A program made the position numbers and the translations under genes. This document shows positions 8,163 through 16,174 of a stretch of 16,629 nt of DNA, one piece after another. This stretch comes from Tubiluchus corallicola (lineage: Eukaryota; Animalia; Priapulida), in NCBI GenBank assembly GCA_030141605.1, contig JAQGDQ010002505.1:1-16629 (forward strand), read 5' to 3'. A model generated the notes under the pieces. That model made no database searches and had not been told where the DNA came from. It saw nothing but the letters and a program-made list of their open reading frames with translations. Numbering within the stretch: the stretch's first letter is position 1; the number at the start of each line of letters is the position of its first letter.

Positions 8163-8269
8163 ATTATAACACGATGAATAACAAGGTTTTACATTTTTTA
8201 TCTTCAAAAAAAACATAACTTATTGATAATCAACTACATCTTAAGCACTATCTTATAAATTGTGTAAGT

Positions 8270-9550
8270 TTATAAGATAGTGCTAGCATTCAAAACCACC
8301 CCCACCACAAAACGAACCGTAAAAGCATTGCCCGTAAGGTCTGTGATAACTTCTGTTTCTCTTCCAACAAAATCAGGACCTTTTATATCCTGATAATACA
8401 CTATGTTATACCTTGCTTGCACACCCAAATACCAACTAGAAGCAACATAATATCTATACCCCAACCCCAAATTTAGATTAGTAGAAGTAGCACGTGCTTT
8501 AATAGTATTAGGACTATTGTATTCTGGATTATAATCTGGCTCTACTTCATATTTAAAAACAATATCTTCGAACCCAACACCCGCCAACAACTCCAATTTT
8601 GCTCTCGTTGTGAACCATATACTCCTTCCTACCTCAAGCCCATAATAAACTGCAGAAAAATGATCTCCTGTTACAGTATCATCGTCATAAAAAATAGAGT
8701 TATAAGTCGTATATCTTCCTACCTCATACTCATTAGAAGTTTGCCCAAATTTAAAAGACATAACAAAATCAAACTCCCAGTTATATGCTATATACCCCAT
8801 AGTTAAACCTACTTCAGGCTTATTGCCCAAAAGAGAAAGTTCTCCATTAGGTATCCACACACCCGAAAAAACATTAAAGTTCCGAAGCTCATCTTTAGCA
8901 TATTCTAAAGAAGGAGTTTTGTAACGCTTTTTTTTCGTTTTAGTAGGTGTAGAATAAGTAGTAGGCACAGTTTTACGAGCCTCTAATTTCTTCTCCAACT
9001 CTCTCAACTCTTCTTCTAAAACTTCAGCCTCCTTTTGGCGTTGTATTTTTGCCCTCAAATCGTCCATCTCCTGTTCCAACGTTTGGATTTCCTTTTGTCT
9101 CCGTAGTTGAGCCTGCAAACTCACAACCTCCTTTTCTAAAACCGCTATTTCCTCTTGTTTTTGGTCTTGTTGCCTACTCCATTCCCTTATTTGCTGCGAC
9201 AAGTCATTGTCCTCTACCTTTACTTTGGCTTTTATGTAATACTCTTCGCCATCCCACCTTTCCTCAAGTATCTCCGTTTTCAGTATAGAGGTTGTATATT
9301 GTTTAATCTCCTGCTCAAAAGTTTCAGTCAGCTTACCCTCCCTCTCCAGTTGTTTATAATAAGTATTGCTATGTATATAGCCGCCCAACTCCAATAGCAC
9401 CACACTTTGCACCTCGGCTATAGCCTTCTCCCTAGAAGTAACCTTACTATCGTAGTCATTAGCCTTGTAAGTATGCTCCTTTATGTAAGTCTTGCCATAA
9501 CCTACAATAGACAAACTGACTAATAAAATGAAAACTAAAAGTTGTTTCAT
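8270..9550 (-). CDS. Secreted protein: signal peptide, N-terminal domain, coiled coil, C-terminal outer-membrane beta-barrel-like domain
   Basis: MKQLLVFILLVSLSIVGYG signal; E/Q/K/R-rich heptads in the middle; alternating strands such as NLNLGLGYRYY, WYLGVQARYNIV and FTVRFVVGVVL at the C-terminus. Confidence 0.7.
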   Translation of the reverse strand: MKQLLVFILLVSLSIVGYGKTYIKEHTYKANDYDSKVTSREKAIAEVQSVVLLELGGYIHSNTYYKQLEREGKLTETFEQEIKQYTTSILKTEILEERWDGEEYYIKAKVKVEDNDLSQQIREWSRQQDQKQEEIAVLEKEVVSLQAQLRRQKEIQTLEQEMDDLRAKIQRQKEAEVLEEELRELEKKLEARKTVPTTYSTPTKTKKKRYKTPSLEYAKDELRNFNVFSGVWIPNGELSLLGNKPEVGLTMGYIAYNWEFDFVMSFKFGQTSNEYEVGRYTTYNSIFYDDDTVTGDHFSAVYYGLEVGRSIWFTTRAKLELLAGVGFEDIVFKYEVEPDYNPEYNSPNTIKARATSTNLNLGLGYRYYVASSWYLGVQARYNIVYYQDIKGPDFVGRETEVITDLTGNAFTVRFVVGVVLNASTIL

Positions 9551-9554
9551 AAAA

Positions 9555-9915
9555 TTACTTCCATTTATCAGAAAAATTAGCCTTAGCAGCCGTTCCTAAT
9601 GCAGTAACCATCATCATTGACTTGTCCTTTGCACCTATCTCATCATTGTCTATTTTAAGCCCAAGAATACAATTAGCTCCAATAGCCACAGCTTTTTTTC
9701 TTAATTCGTTCAACACATTATCATTGATAGAACTTAAAGTATTTTGATAAGGCCGAGACTTCCCTCCAAAAAAATCGGTAAAGCCCAAGAAAAAATCCTT
9801 AAAAAAATTCATCCCAACAACAACGTGAGCTGTAACAGGTTCTAAATACTCTTCAACCTTAGCATTCATTATCAAACCCCGAGGTGGTGGTTGCTTTTAC
9901 ATTTTGTGCTATCAT
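9555..9915 (-). pseudogene. YbjQ-family (UPF0145) protein with a 4-bp duplication frameshift near the N-terminus
   Basis: GMNFFKDF...DFFGG...ELRKKAVAIGANCILGLKID...MVTALGTA is the YbjQ signature. The natural start MIAQNVKATTTSGFDN (ATG at 9915) is put out of frame by the duplicated CATT at 9863-9870. Confidence 0.8.
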
Positions 9916-9947
9916 ATTATTATATATTAATATTTAAAATTCAATAC

Positions 9948-10307
9948 TTACCACTCTAAAGATTTCTTACTTGCCTTGTTTTGCTCTTTATACATCATCA
10001 AAATAGTAGAATAATTGCACATTCCTATATCGCAATAAGTTTCAATCACATTCCTCAACAAAGAAGTATTAGTAGCCCTAGTTAGTTCCTTAAAAGCTTT
10101 TAAGTTTTCCTTTTCCATCATCCTTAAAGTAGAAGGGTCATCCATTCCAACAGCAGAATATGTTGCTTTCACATCCTTTTCTATGTAGGCTATAACCTTT
10201 TGTCTATTAGCCTCGCTATCAACAAAACCTATAGGACTAACAAAAGATTGAGAAAACAAACTTAAATGTAAAAAAAGAACACCGCATAATACTAACACCT
10301 TTTTCAT
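9948..10307 (-). CDS. Secreted hypothetical protein (119 aa) with an internal repeat
   Basis: Signal peptide MKKVLVLCGVLFLHLSLFSQ; GMDDPSTLRMMEKENLKA resembles GMCNYSTILMMYKEQNKA. Confidence 0.75.
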   Translation of the reverse strand: MKKVLVLCGVLFLHLSLFSQSFVSPIGFVDSEANRQKVIAYIEKDVKATYSAVGMDDPSTLRMMEKENLKAFKELTRATNTSLLRNVIETYCDIGMCNYSTILMMYKEQNKASKKSLEW

Positions 10308-10376
10308 AACCTTATTTTTTTATTTTAAAAATTTATAACTGGCTGTAAAAATAGTCAATTAAAACACAAAAGCAAA

Positions 10377-11031
10377 TTATTTCCCACCTTTTTTAAGGAG
10401 GGGATAAAGGTTAAATATATCTGTTTTAACAGAGTCAGAAAAAAACTTGGCATCAATTTCAAAAAGTTGCCACCTTTTACCCCAAAAAACTTTTACAACT
10501 ACACCTAATGTAGAGATACTTATTTCTGGCATCAAAATTCTTGAAGTTTTACTATTAGGACTATACCTTGTAACTCCCCCTACTACCTTACCTGTTTTTC
10601 TATTAACCAAATTAACTCCTGATTTCATATATTTTCCTTTTTTAGGCATATTTTCAAAGGTTAGCTCTGTTATATTATAATCATCAAGACTTACTCCCGT
10701 CATTTGGTTTTAGTAACTGAGCAAATCGGCATCATTATTAACTCCTGATGGTGTCCCTTTAAATCCTAAATTATGGTATTCTATTTCTGAAATAATCGTC
10801 CCATTCCAGAAATTCCCACCCATCTTGTTAGCTTTTATCCCCCCCTGCAATACCTCCTAAAATTGCACCAACAACCATAGTTACGAAAAATATAAACTCC
10901 CCATCCGGGTCTACAAACATTATAGGACTATTACCCATTGCTTGGTAGGGTGAGCGCACCTGCAAAGCTGGGTCTACGGCAAACCATCTACCCAAATTAG
11001 CATCGTATTGCTTTGCGTGAAAATCGTATAA
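10377..11031 (-). pseudogene. Degraded orphan RHS C-terminal toxin cassette
   Basis: LYDFHAKQYDANLGRWFAVDPALQVRSPYQAMGNSPIMFVDPDGEF, then a +1 shift in a G7 run (10839-10845), GGNFWNG, and an in-frame TAA (10710-10712). ORF 10377..10703 follows in frame; its NRKTGKVVGGVTRY resembles NRGGKRVLGTTRY of the intact cassette. Confidence 0.8.
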
Positions 11032-11050
11032 CTATGTATAAGAACGTTAT
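11032..11050. repeat. 19-bp motif at the 5' border of orphan RHS cassette 2
   Basis: CTATGTATAAGAACGTTAT, identical to 12905-12923. Confidence 0.85.
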
Positions 11051-11074
11051 TTTTATATGTAAAGGTAACAAATT

Positions 11075-11830
11075 TTACTCTTCCAAAAATTCTAAATACC
11101 CCTCATCATTGATTTTAAATTTTGTATAATAGATATAATTTTTAAGATGTTCAGTGCCTTTTAATTCTTCCATTGCTTCTTCAGAATATACAACATCTGA
11201 TCCTATTGTTTCTGTAATAAATACAATAGTTTTATCTGGTAATATTTTCATCTTTTTGGAATAAACAGTTCCATAACCTCCATATTCGTATGACGAGCTT
11301 ACTATAGAAGATAATATTTTTTTGTCTTTTACATTTAGCATCATTAAAATTCTCCTTCTAAAATAAGGTGTTTCAATTTTATTTTTAATCAAAAATACTA
11401 AACTTTCAAAATTTGAACTACAATCGATATAACCACAAAAATATATATCAAATCTGTCTTTATATTCTTTTATAAACTCTTTATATGTTAAAATATCTGA
11501 TGTTATATTATTTGGTTCTTCAAGAAATTCCCAAAACAATGTAGAAACCCAACGTCTCATTATTTCTTGTTGGAATAAAAAATTAAAAACTTTTTTTGTT
11601 ACTTCTTCTTTATCTCTATATAAAACATTTGTTTCATCAACAATTAGAAAAGTGTCATTAAAAATAAGGTTTTTACTCAATTGCCTTTCATAGTTTTTAG
11701 GAAAAGATACACTTGTGTCTTTGTAGTTCTCATAGGTTACAATTTTATTGTTCAAAATAAGTGTATCTACAAATCCTTCTTCAGAAGAGGCTATCATGCC
11801 CAAAAACATGTTCAATATCAATAATAACAT
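11075..11830 (-). CDS. Putative immunity protein (251 aa, exported)
   Basis: Starts 4 bp after the RHS-CT stop and has a hydrophobic N-terminus. The role is inferred from position only. Confidence 0.6.
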   Translation of the reverse strand: MLLLILNMFLGMIASSEEGFVDTLILNNKIVTYENYKDTSVSFPKNYERQLSKNLIFNDTFLIVDETNVLYRDKEEVTKKVFNFLFQQEIMRRWVSTLFWEFLEEPNNITSDILTYKEFIKEYKDRFDIYFCGYIDCSSNFESLVFLIKNKIETPYFRRRILMMLNVKDKKILSSIVSSSYEYGGYGTVYSKKMKILPDKTIVFITETIGSDVVYSEEAMEELKGTEHLKNYIYYTKFKINDEGYLEFLEE

Positions 11831-11834
11831 AACT

Positions 11835-12875
11835 TTACCAAGGTTTAAAATTTATAATGTACATTCCATATTTCCCGTGATAATAAGGAGAACTTGTGTT
11901 AAATCTAAAACCTTTAGAAATTTCGCTAAAGTCATAAATTCTACCTGGTTTTCCTCCAATGTAATTCCATTGTTTGGCTTGAGTAAGTTCCCAAGCATCT
12001 ATATGATAGTGATGATTTTCAGCAGGTAATCCTGCCATAGAATAACCTACATGCAAATACTCGTGCCCCATTGTGAGATACAATTGCTCTTTTCCAACAA
12101 ATGCTCCTTTGTATAAATGAACATCATAACCCTTGCCTGTACCAGCATAACGAGTAGTGCCTAAAACACGTTTACCCCCTCTATTATAAACGTGATCTCC
12201 CTTTGTAGTGTAACCTCTTGGCATAGAACCATCCGAATGTAACCCATTCAATCCTTTCACTTCTCCAAAATGAGTATCTGAAAACCCACGAGCATATTCA
12301 TTGGTATACTCCATTCCTTCCCCCACTGTAATTTTATCAGAAGTAACTGCACCTGAAACAGTTTGGTCAAATGTAGCACCTTCGCCACTCCAAAACTTAC
12401 CTCCAGCTCCTCGTGCTTTGAAACCTCTTATTATTCCCTTTGTCAGTCCACCTGCCAATGCACCTATTCCTCCACCTATAGCACCTGCTTTGAGTCCTTG
12501 TCCAAAATCAGCTCCATTAGCCCAAGCATTACCAGCACCACCCACAAAACCTCCAGCACCACCTCCTGCTGCTCCTGTCAATGCTCCACCTGCAAAACCT
12601 ATTGTTCCTACTGCACTAGCTACACCAGCTCCTGCTGCTCCACCAGCTGCTCCTGCCAATGCACCAATACCAAAGAACTTGAATATATCACCTCCACTGT
12701 TGACATTACCTATATTCATAGCCAAATTCGCCATTCCTCCTAAAATTGCACCAACAACCATAGCTGCAATGATAAACTCCCCATCAGGGTCTACAAACAT
12801 CACAGGGCTATTCCCCATTGCTTGGTAGGGCGAGTGCATCTGCAAAGCAGGGTCAACGGCAAACCACCTACCCAA
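11835..12875 (-). CDS. Orphan RHS C-terminal toxin with an HExxH metallopeptidase-like motif
   Basis: RHS core end (DFHARQYDANLGRWFAVDP...NSPVMFVDPDGE, homology extends to 12905), a long Gly/Ala hydrophobic region, and TMGHEYLH in the C-terminal domain. The TTG start is doubtful, so the cassette may be silent. Confidence 0.85.
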   Translation of the reverse strand: MGRWFAVDPALQMHSPYQAMGNSPVMFVDPDGEFIIAAMVVGAILGGMANLAMNIGNVNSGGDIFKFFGIGALAGAAGGAAGAGVASAVGTIGFAGGALTGAAGGGAGGFVGGAGNAWANGADFGQGLKAGAIGGGIGALAGGLTKGIIRGFKARGAGGKFWSGEGATFDQTVSGAVTSDKITVGEGMEYTNEYARGFSDTHFGEVKGLNGLHSDGSMPRGYTTKGDHVYNRGGKRVLGTTRYAGTGKGYDVHLYKGAFVGKEQLYLTMGHEYLHVGYSMAGLPAENHHYHIDAWELTQAKQWNYIGGKPGRIYDFSEISKGFRFNTSSPYYHGKYGMYIINFKPW

Positions 12876-12904
12876 GTTAGCATCGTACTGCCGTGCGTGG
12901 AAGT

Positions 12905-12923
12905 CTATGTATAAGAACGTTAT
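12905..12923. repeat. 19-bp motif at the 5' border of orphan RHS cassette 1
   Basis: CTATGTATAAGAACGTTAT, identical to 11032-11050. Confidence 0.85.
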
Positions 12924-12954
12924 TCTTTTGTGTGTGAAAGAGAGTAGGTTTTCG

Positions 12955-13369
12955 TTAGTTCTCTTTTGTTGTAATTATTATTGCTCCGTATTTAAATTTT
13001 CTTTTGAAATTTTGTTTTTCTATATTTTTCGAAATTTTTTTAACATTGAGTATACTATCTCCTGAATGATTTTTTCTATCTGTTTTATCTACAAAAATAC
13101 TGTCTATATAATAGTTTAGTTTAGTATAAATTCGTATTATGCCATTATAGTTTTCTAACGTATCATCATTTTGTAATTTGATTTTCTTTATTTCCTTTTT
13201 TTGTAAATCTAAAGATGTCAAAACATCAAATTTAATAACAAAATCATCTAATACATAAAGAGGAGGCAATTTTCTTTCTGTACAAATTGTATTGATAATT
13301 ATAACTATCTTGAGAGTGATTAATCTTAAACAAAAAGATAAACATAGAGAATAGCACTAATTTTTTCAT
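12955..13369 (-). pseudogene. Exported protein with two TonB-dependent-receptor plug-like motifs, +1 frameshift near 13300
   Basis: ATG at 13369 gives MKKLVLFSMFIFLFKINHSQDS; the shifted frame gives IIINTICTERKLPPLYVLDD...NGIIRIYTK...KYGAIIITTK; 415 nt = 3n+1. Confidence 0.6.
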
Positions 13370-13531
13370 TTCAGATATTAATTCATAACTAATAATAAAC
13401 TAATTTTTACCATCGTCTGGGAATTTTATAGATAATGTGAAACCATTTAGTTTTAGAATAATCTTTTAGTTTTGTATTTCATAAATAGTTTGTGTAAATT
13501 TAATTATGTTATCTCTTTATAATCAACGAAC

Positions 13532-14026
13532 TCAGTAGTGTAATTTAATATTTTCAAACACAACATTTATCTTATTTCCTCCGTTAAAATAGAACTCTAT
13601 TGCCCAAGAAAATGGGACTAACTTATTTCTGTCTTTTGCAGGAGAAAATTCTAAATTATAAAGAAAATAAGCTATTTTGTTCTCCCAAAATGTAATATCT
13701 ATTTTTTTTCTCTCTCCTAACATTTCTACATAACCTACACAAGATACTTTTCCCTCTTCGTTTACAAGTAGACGAAACAAAAATTTTTCTTTTTTCCTTT
13801 TTTTATATTTATAGGCAAATAAAAGTGTTTCTAATTCCTGATTAATATAGTTAATAGAAGTTTTCAGTTTAGGTAATTGAGTTGGAACCGAAAGTGTTTC
13901 TTCCCCTTCTGATAGATGCTTAAGCAAATTACAATCATTACTATCATTATTAAAATAGTAGTATGTTTTTTGTGAAAAGAGGTTGATGCTATTAGATAAT
14001 ATGAGAATGAGCACTAATTTTTTCAT
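13532..14026 (-). CDS. Exported immunity-like protein with a TonB C-terminal-like domain, allele A (164 aa)
   Basis: Probable start MKKLVLILILSNSINLFSQ (signal peptide) at 14026. FLFRLLVNEEGKVS...LEFSPAKDRNKLVPFSWAIEFYF follows the TonB_C pattern. Confidence 0.65.
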   Translation of the reverse strand: MKKLVLILILSNSINLFSQKTYYYFNNDSNDCNLLKHLSEGEETLSVPTQLPKLKTSINYINQELETLLFAYKYKKRKKEKFLFRLLVNEEGKVSCVGYVEMLGERKKIDITFWENKIAYFLYNLEFSPAKDRNKLVPFSWAIEFYFNGGNKINVVFENIKLHY

Positions 14027-14356
14027 TAATTTATAGTTTTTGATTTCACCATTTCCATCTATAATTTTAAGAGCATCTGCTGGGTCTATTGAGCTAAATG
14101 GACCCACAGAAATATTTATTCCATCACCAGTAGCGGAAGAGCGTCCCCACCAATCATCTTTTGTAGATGCAGAATTTACATTAACTTCTGTTCCACTAAA
14201 ACCAGTCACTATATCTTGTAAATTTGCTAACCCTCCAAAGAAATACCCCCGGTTTTGTAGTTTAGAATTCCCCAACTTACCGAAGTATCCTCATTCACCC
14301 TGACTGAAATTGTAAGAACCAAAGCCCAAACTCATTGAAAAATCCGTTTGCCCTCC
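14027..14356 (-). pseudogene. Internal fragment of a probable RHS C-terminal region, fused in frame to the downstream gene (copy A)
   Basis: GGQTDFSMSLGFGSYNFSQGE*GYFGKLGNSKLQNRGYFFGGLANLQD... with TGA at 14291-14293. It resembles the post-core segment of Bacteroidota RHS proteins as I recall them. Confidence 0.5.
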
Positions 14357-14437
14357 ACTATTAATATCCTAATACACCTGTAATATATAAAATATTAGTA
14401 GAAACTCTTATTATACATTACATATTATTTTTAATTA

Positions 14438-14495
14438 TTTATTTGAATTTAATTTCTTTCTCACGTGAAGGAAAAATAATGAATAGACCATCATT
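14438..14495 (-). pseudogene. 3'-end remnant of the 15535..16041 gene (allele E)
   Basis: NDGLFIIFPSREKEIKFK* versus NDGRFFIFCLREKVFKFK* in the intact copy. Confidence 0.75.
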
Positions 14496-14619
14496 ACTAA
14501 TTGTTACCATCGTCTGGGAATTTTATAGATAATGTGAAACCATTTAGTTTTAGAATAATCTTTTAGTTTTGTATTTCATAAATAGTTTGTGTAAATTTAA
14601 TTATGTTATCTCTTTATAA

Positions 14620-15123
14620 TCAACGAACTCTGTAGTGTAATTTAATATTTTCAAACACAACATCTATATTATTTTCTCCGTTAAAATAGAACCCTATTGG
14701 CCAATAAAATGGGACTAACTTATTTCTGTTTTTTGCAGGAGAAAATTCTAAATTATAAAGAAAATAAGCTATTTTATCCCCCCAAAATGTAATATCTATT
14801 TTTTCTATCTCTCCTAACATTTCTACATAACCTGCACAAGATACTTTTCCCTCTTTGTTTACAAGTAGACCAAACAAAAATTTTTCTTTTTTCCTTTTTT
14901 TATATTTATAGGCAAATAAAAGTGTTTCTAATTCCTGATTAATATAGTTAATAGAAGTTTTCAGTTTAGGTGATCGAGTTGGACCCGAAAGTGTTTCTTC
15001 CCCTTCTAATAGATGCTTAAGCAAATTACAATCATTACTATCATTATTAAAATAGTAGTATGTTTTTTGTGAAAAGAGGTTGATGCTATTAGATAATATG
15101 AGAATGAGCACTAATTTTTTCAT
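14620..15123 (-). CDS. Exported immunity-like protein with a TonB C-terminal-like domain, allele B (167 aa)
   Basis: Duplicate of 13532..14026 with 18 amino-acid changes and a stop-loss (TGA to AGA). Confidence 0.65.
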   Translation of the reverse strand: MKKLVLILILSNSINLFSQKTYYYFNNDSNDCNLLKHLLEGEETLSGPTRSPKLKTSINYINQELETLLFAYKYKKRKKEKFLFGLLVNKEGKVSCAGYVEMLGEIEKIDITFWGDKIAYFLYNLEFSPAKNRNKLVPFYWPIGFYFNGENNIDVVFENIKLHYRVR

Positions 15124-15452
15124 TAATTTATAGTTTTTGATTTCACCATTTCCATCTATAATTTTAAGAGCATCTGCTGGGTCTATTGAGCTAAATGGAC
15201 CCACAGAAATATTTATTCCATCACCAGTAGCGGAAGAGCGTCCCCACCAATCATCTTTTGTAGATGCAGAATTTACATTAACTTCTGTTCCACTAAAACC
15301 AGTCACTATATCTTGTAAATTTGCTAACCCTCCAAAGAAATACCCCGGTTTTGTAGTTTAGAATTCCCCAACTTACCGAAGTATCCTCATTCACCCTGAC
15401 TGAAATTGTAAGAACCAAAGCCCAAACTCATTGAAAAATCCGTTTGCCCTCC
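15124..15452 (-). pseudogene. Probable RHS C-terminal fragment (copy B)
   Basis: Identical to 14027-14356 except for a 1-bp shorter C run. Confidence 0.5.
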
Positions 15453-15534
15453 ACTATTAATATCCTAATACACCTGTAATATATAAAATATTAGTAGAAA
15501 CTCTTATTATACATTACATATTATTTTTAATTAT

Positions 15535-16041
15535 TTATTTGAATTTAAATACTTTCTCACGTAAACAAAAAATAAAGAATCGACCATCATTACTAGTTTT
15601 TACTGCTATAGTTCCATAAAGACGCTTATCTGTCATAGCGTTAAATCTTTTTATATTTCTCTTTGAAGGATAAGTAAGTTTTGTCTTTTCCGGTAAAAAG
15701 CTATTTACAAAATCTTCATTGGGACTAATGTAAAATTCTTTGTTCTCTTCTATAATATTTAAGAAACTTCCTTGATAAATAACACCTTTCTTTATAAGGG
15801 TGTCTTGTGTTAGATATTTATCCGATTTTATATAAAAAAGATAATAAACAAAAAAAGTATCATTTGAATGTTCTACAACATAATACGTCGGAAAAAAAGA
15901 ACGACACTTGACAAAATAATGACTTGTATCCGTAAGATATATTTTGTCTATTTCTATATATCTATTGTTTTGGCTAAAACAATCGTATCCAAATAAATGT
16001 AAAAAGATAAATAACTTAATAATTGATAATAGGTGCTGCAT
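15535..16041 (-). CDS. Exported hypothetical / immunity-like protein, allele C (168 aa)
   Basis: Probable ATG at 16041 with signal-like MQHLLSIIKLFIFLHLFGYDCFSQ; lies within the RHS orphan array. Confidence 0.6.
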   Translation of the reverse strand: MQHLLSIIKLFIFLHLFGYDCFSQNNRYIEIDKIYLTDTSHYFVKCRSFFPTYYVVEHSNDTFFVYYLFYIKSDKYLTQDTLIKKGVIYQGSFLNIIEENKEFYISPNEDFVNSFLPEKTKLTYPSKRNIKRFNAMTDKRLYGTIAVKTSNDGRFFIFCLREKVFKFK

Positions 16042-16174
16042 ACATTCCAATTTGTCTTGTTAATAATTGAAGATTTAAAAATAATTACCTCCACTATTAA
16101 TATCCTAATACACCTCTAATATATAAAATATTAGTAGAAACTCTTATTATACATTGCATATTATTTTTAATTAT

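Larger units (their letters stand above)
13399..15603. repeat. Tandem duplication, unit about 1097 bp (13399-14495, 14496-15591)
   Basis: Direct alignment at offset 1097/1096, with a 12-bp microhomology ACTA(A/G)TT(T/G)TTAC at 13399, 14496 and 15592. Confidence 0.95.

Noticed and set aside
8215-8240. TAACTTATTGATAATCAAC, an IHF-like or element-end motif after the second integrase
   Set aside because: Single copy in very AT-rich DNA with no partner site in the window.
9049-12828. + strand ORFs 9049..9288, 9155..9397, 10447..10680, 11748..12029, 12301..12828 and 12363..12743
   Set aside because: Antisense shadows; the Pro/Ala- and Ser/Cys-rich products are the expected reverse reading of Gly/Ala codons in the RHS CT.
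13487-13514. dif-like site AGTTTGTGTAA-ATTTAA-TTATGTTATCT (also 14584-14611)
   Set aside because: The XerD-like arm matches 9/11 but the XerC-like arm only 6/11 to E. coli dif; the DNA is AT-rich and the second copy is merely part of the duplication.
13532-15306. ORF-track starts at 14275 and 15306 as true N-termini; + strand ORFs 14040..14303 and 15137..15361
   Set aside because: The extensions are a toxin remnant fused in frame and differ between copies only by a 1-bp indel; the signal peptide begins at MKKLVL. The + strand ORFs are shadows.
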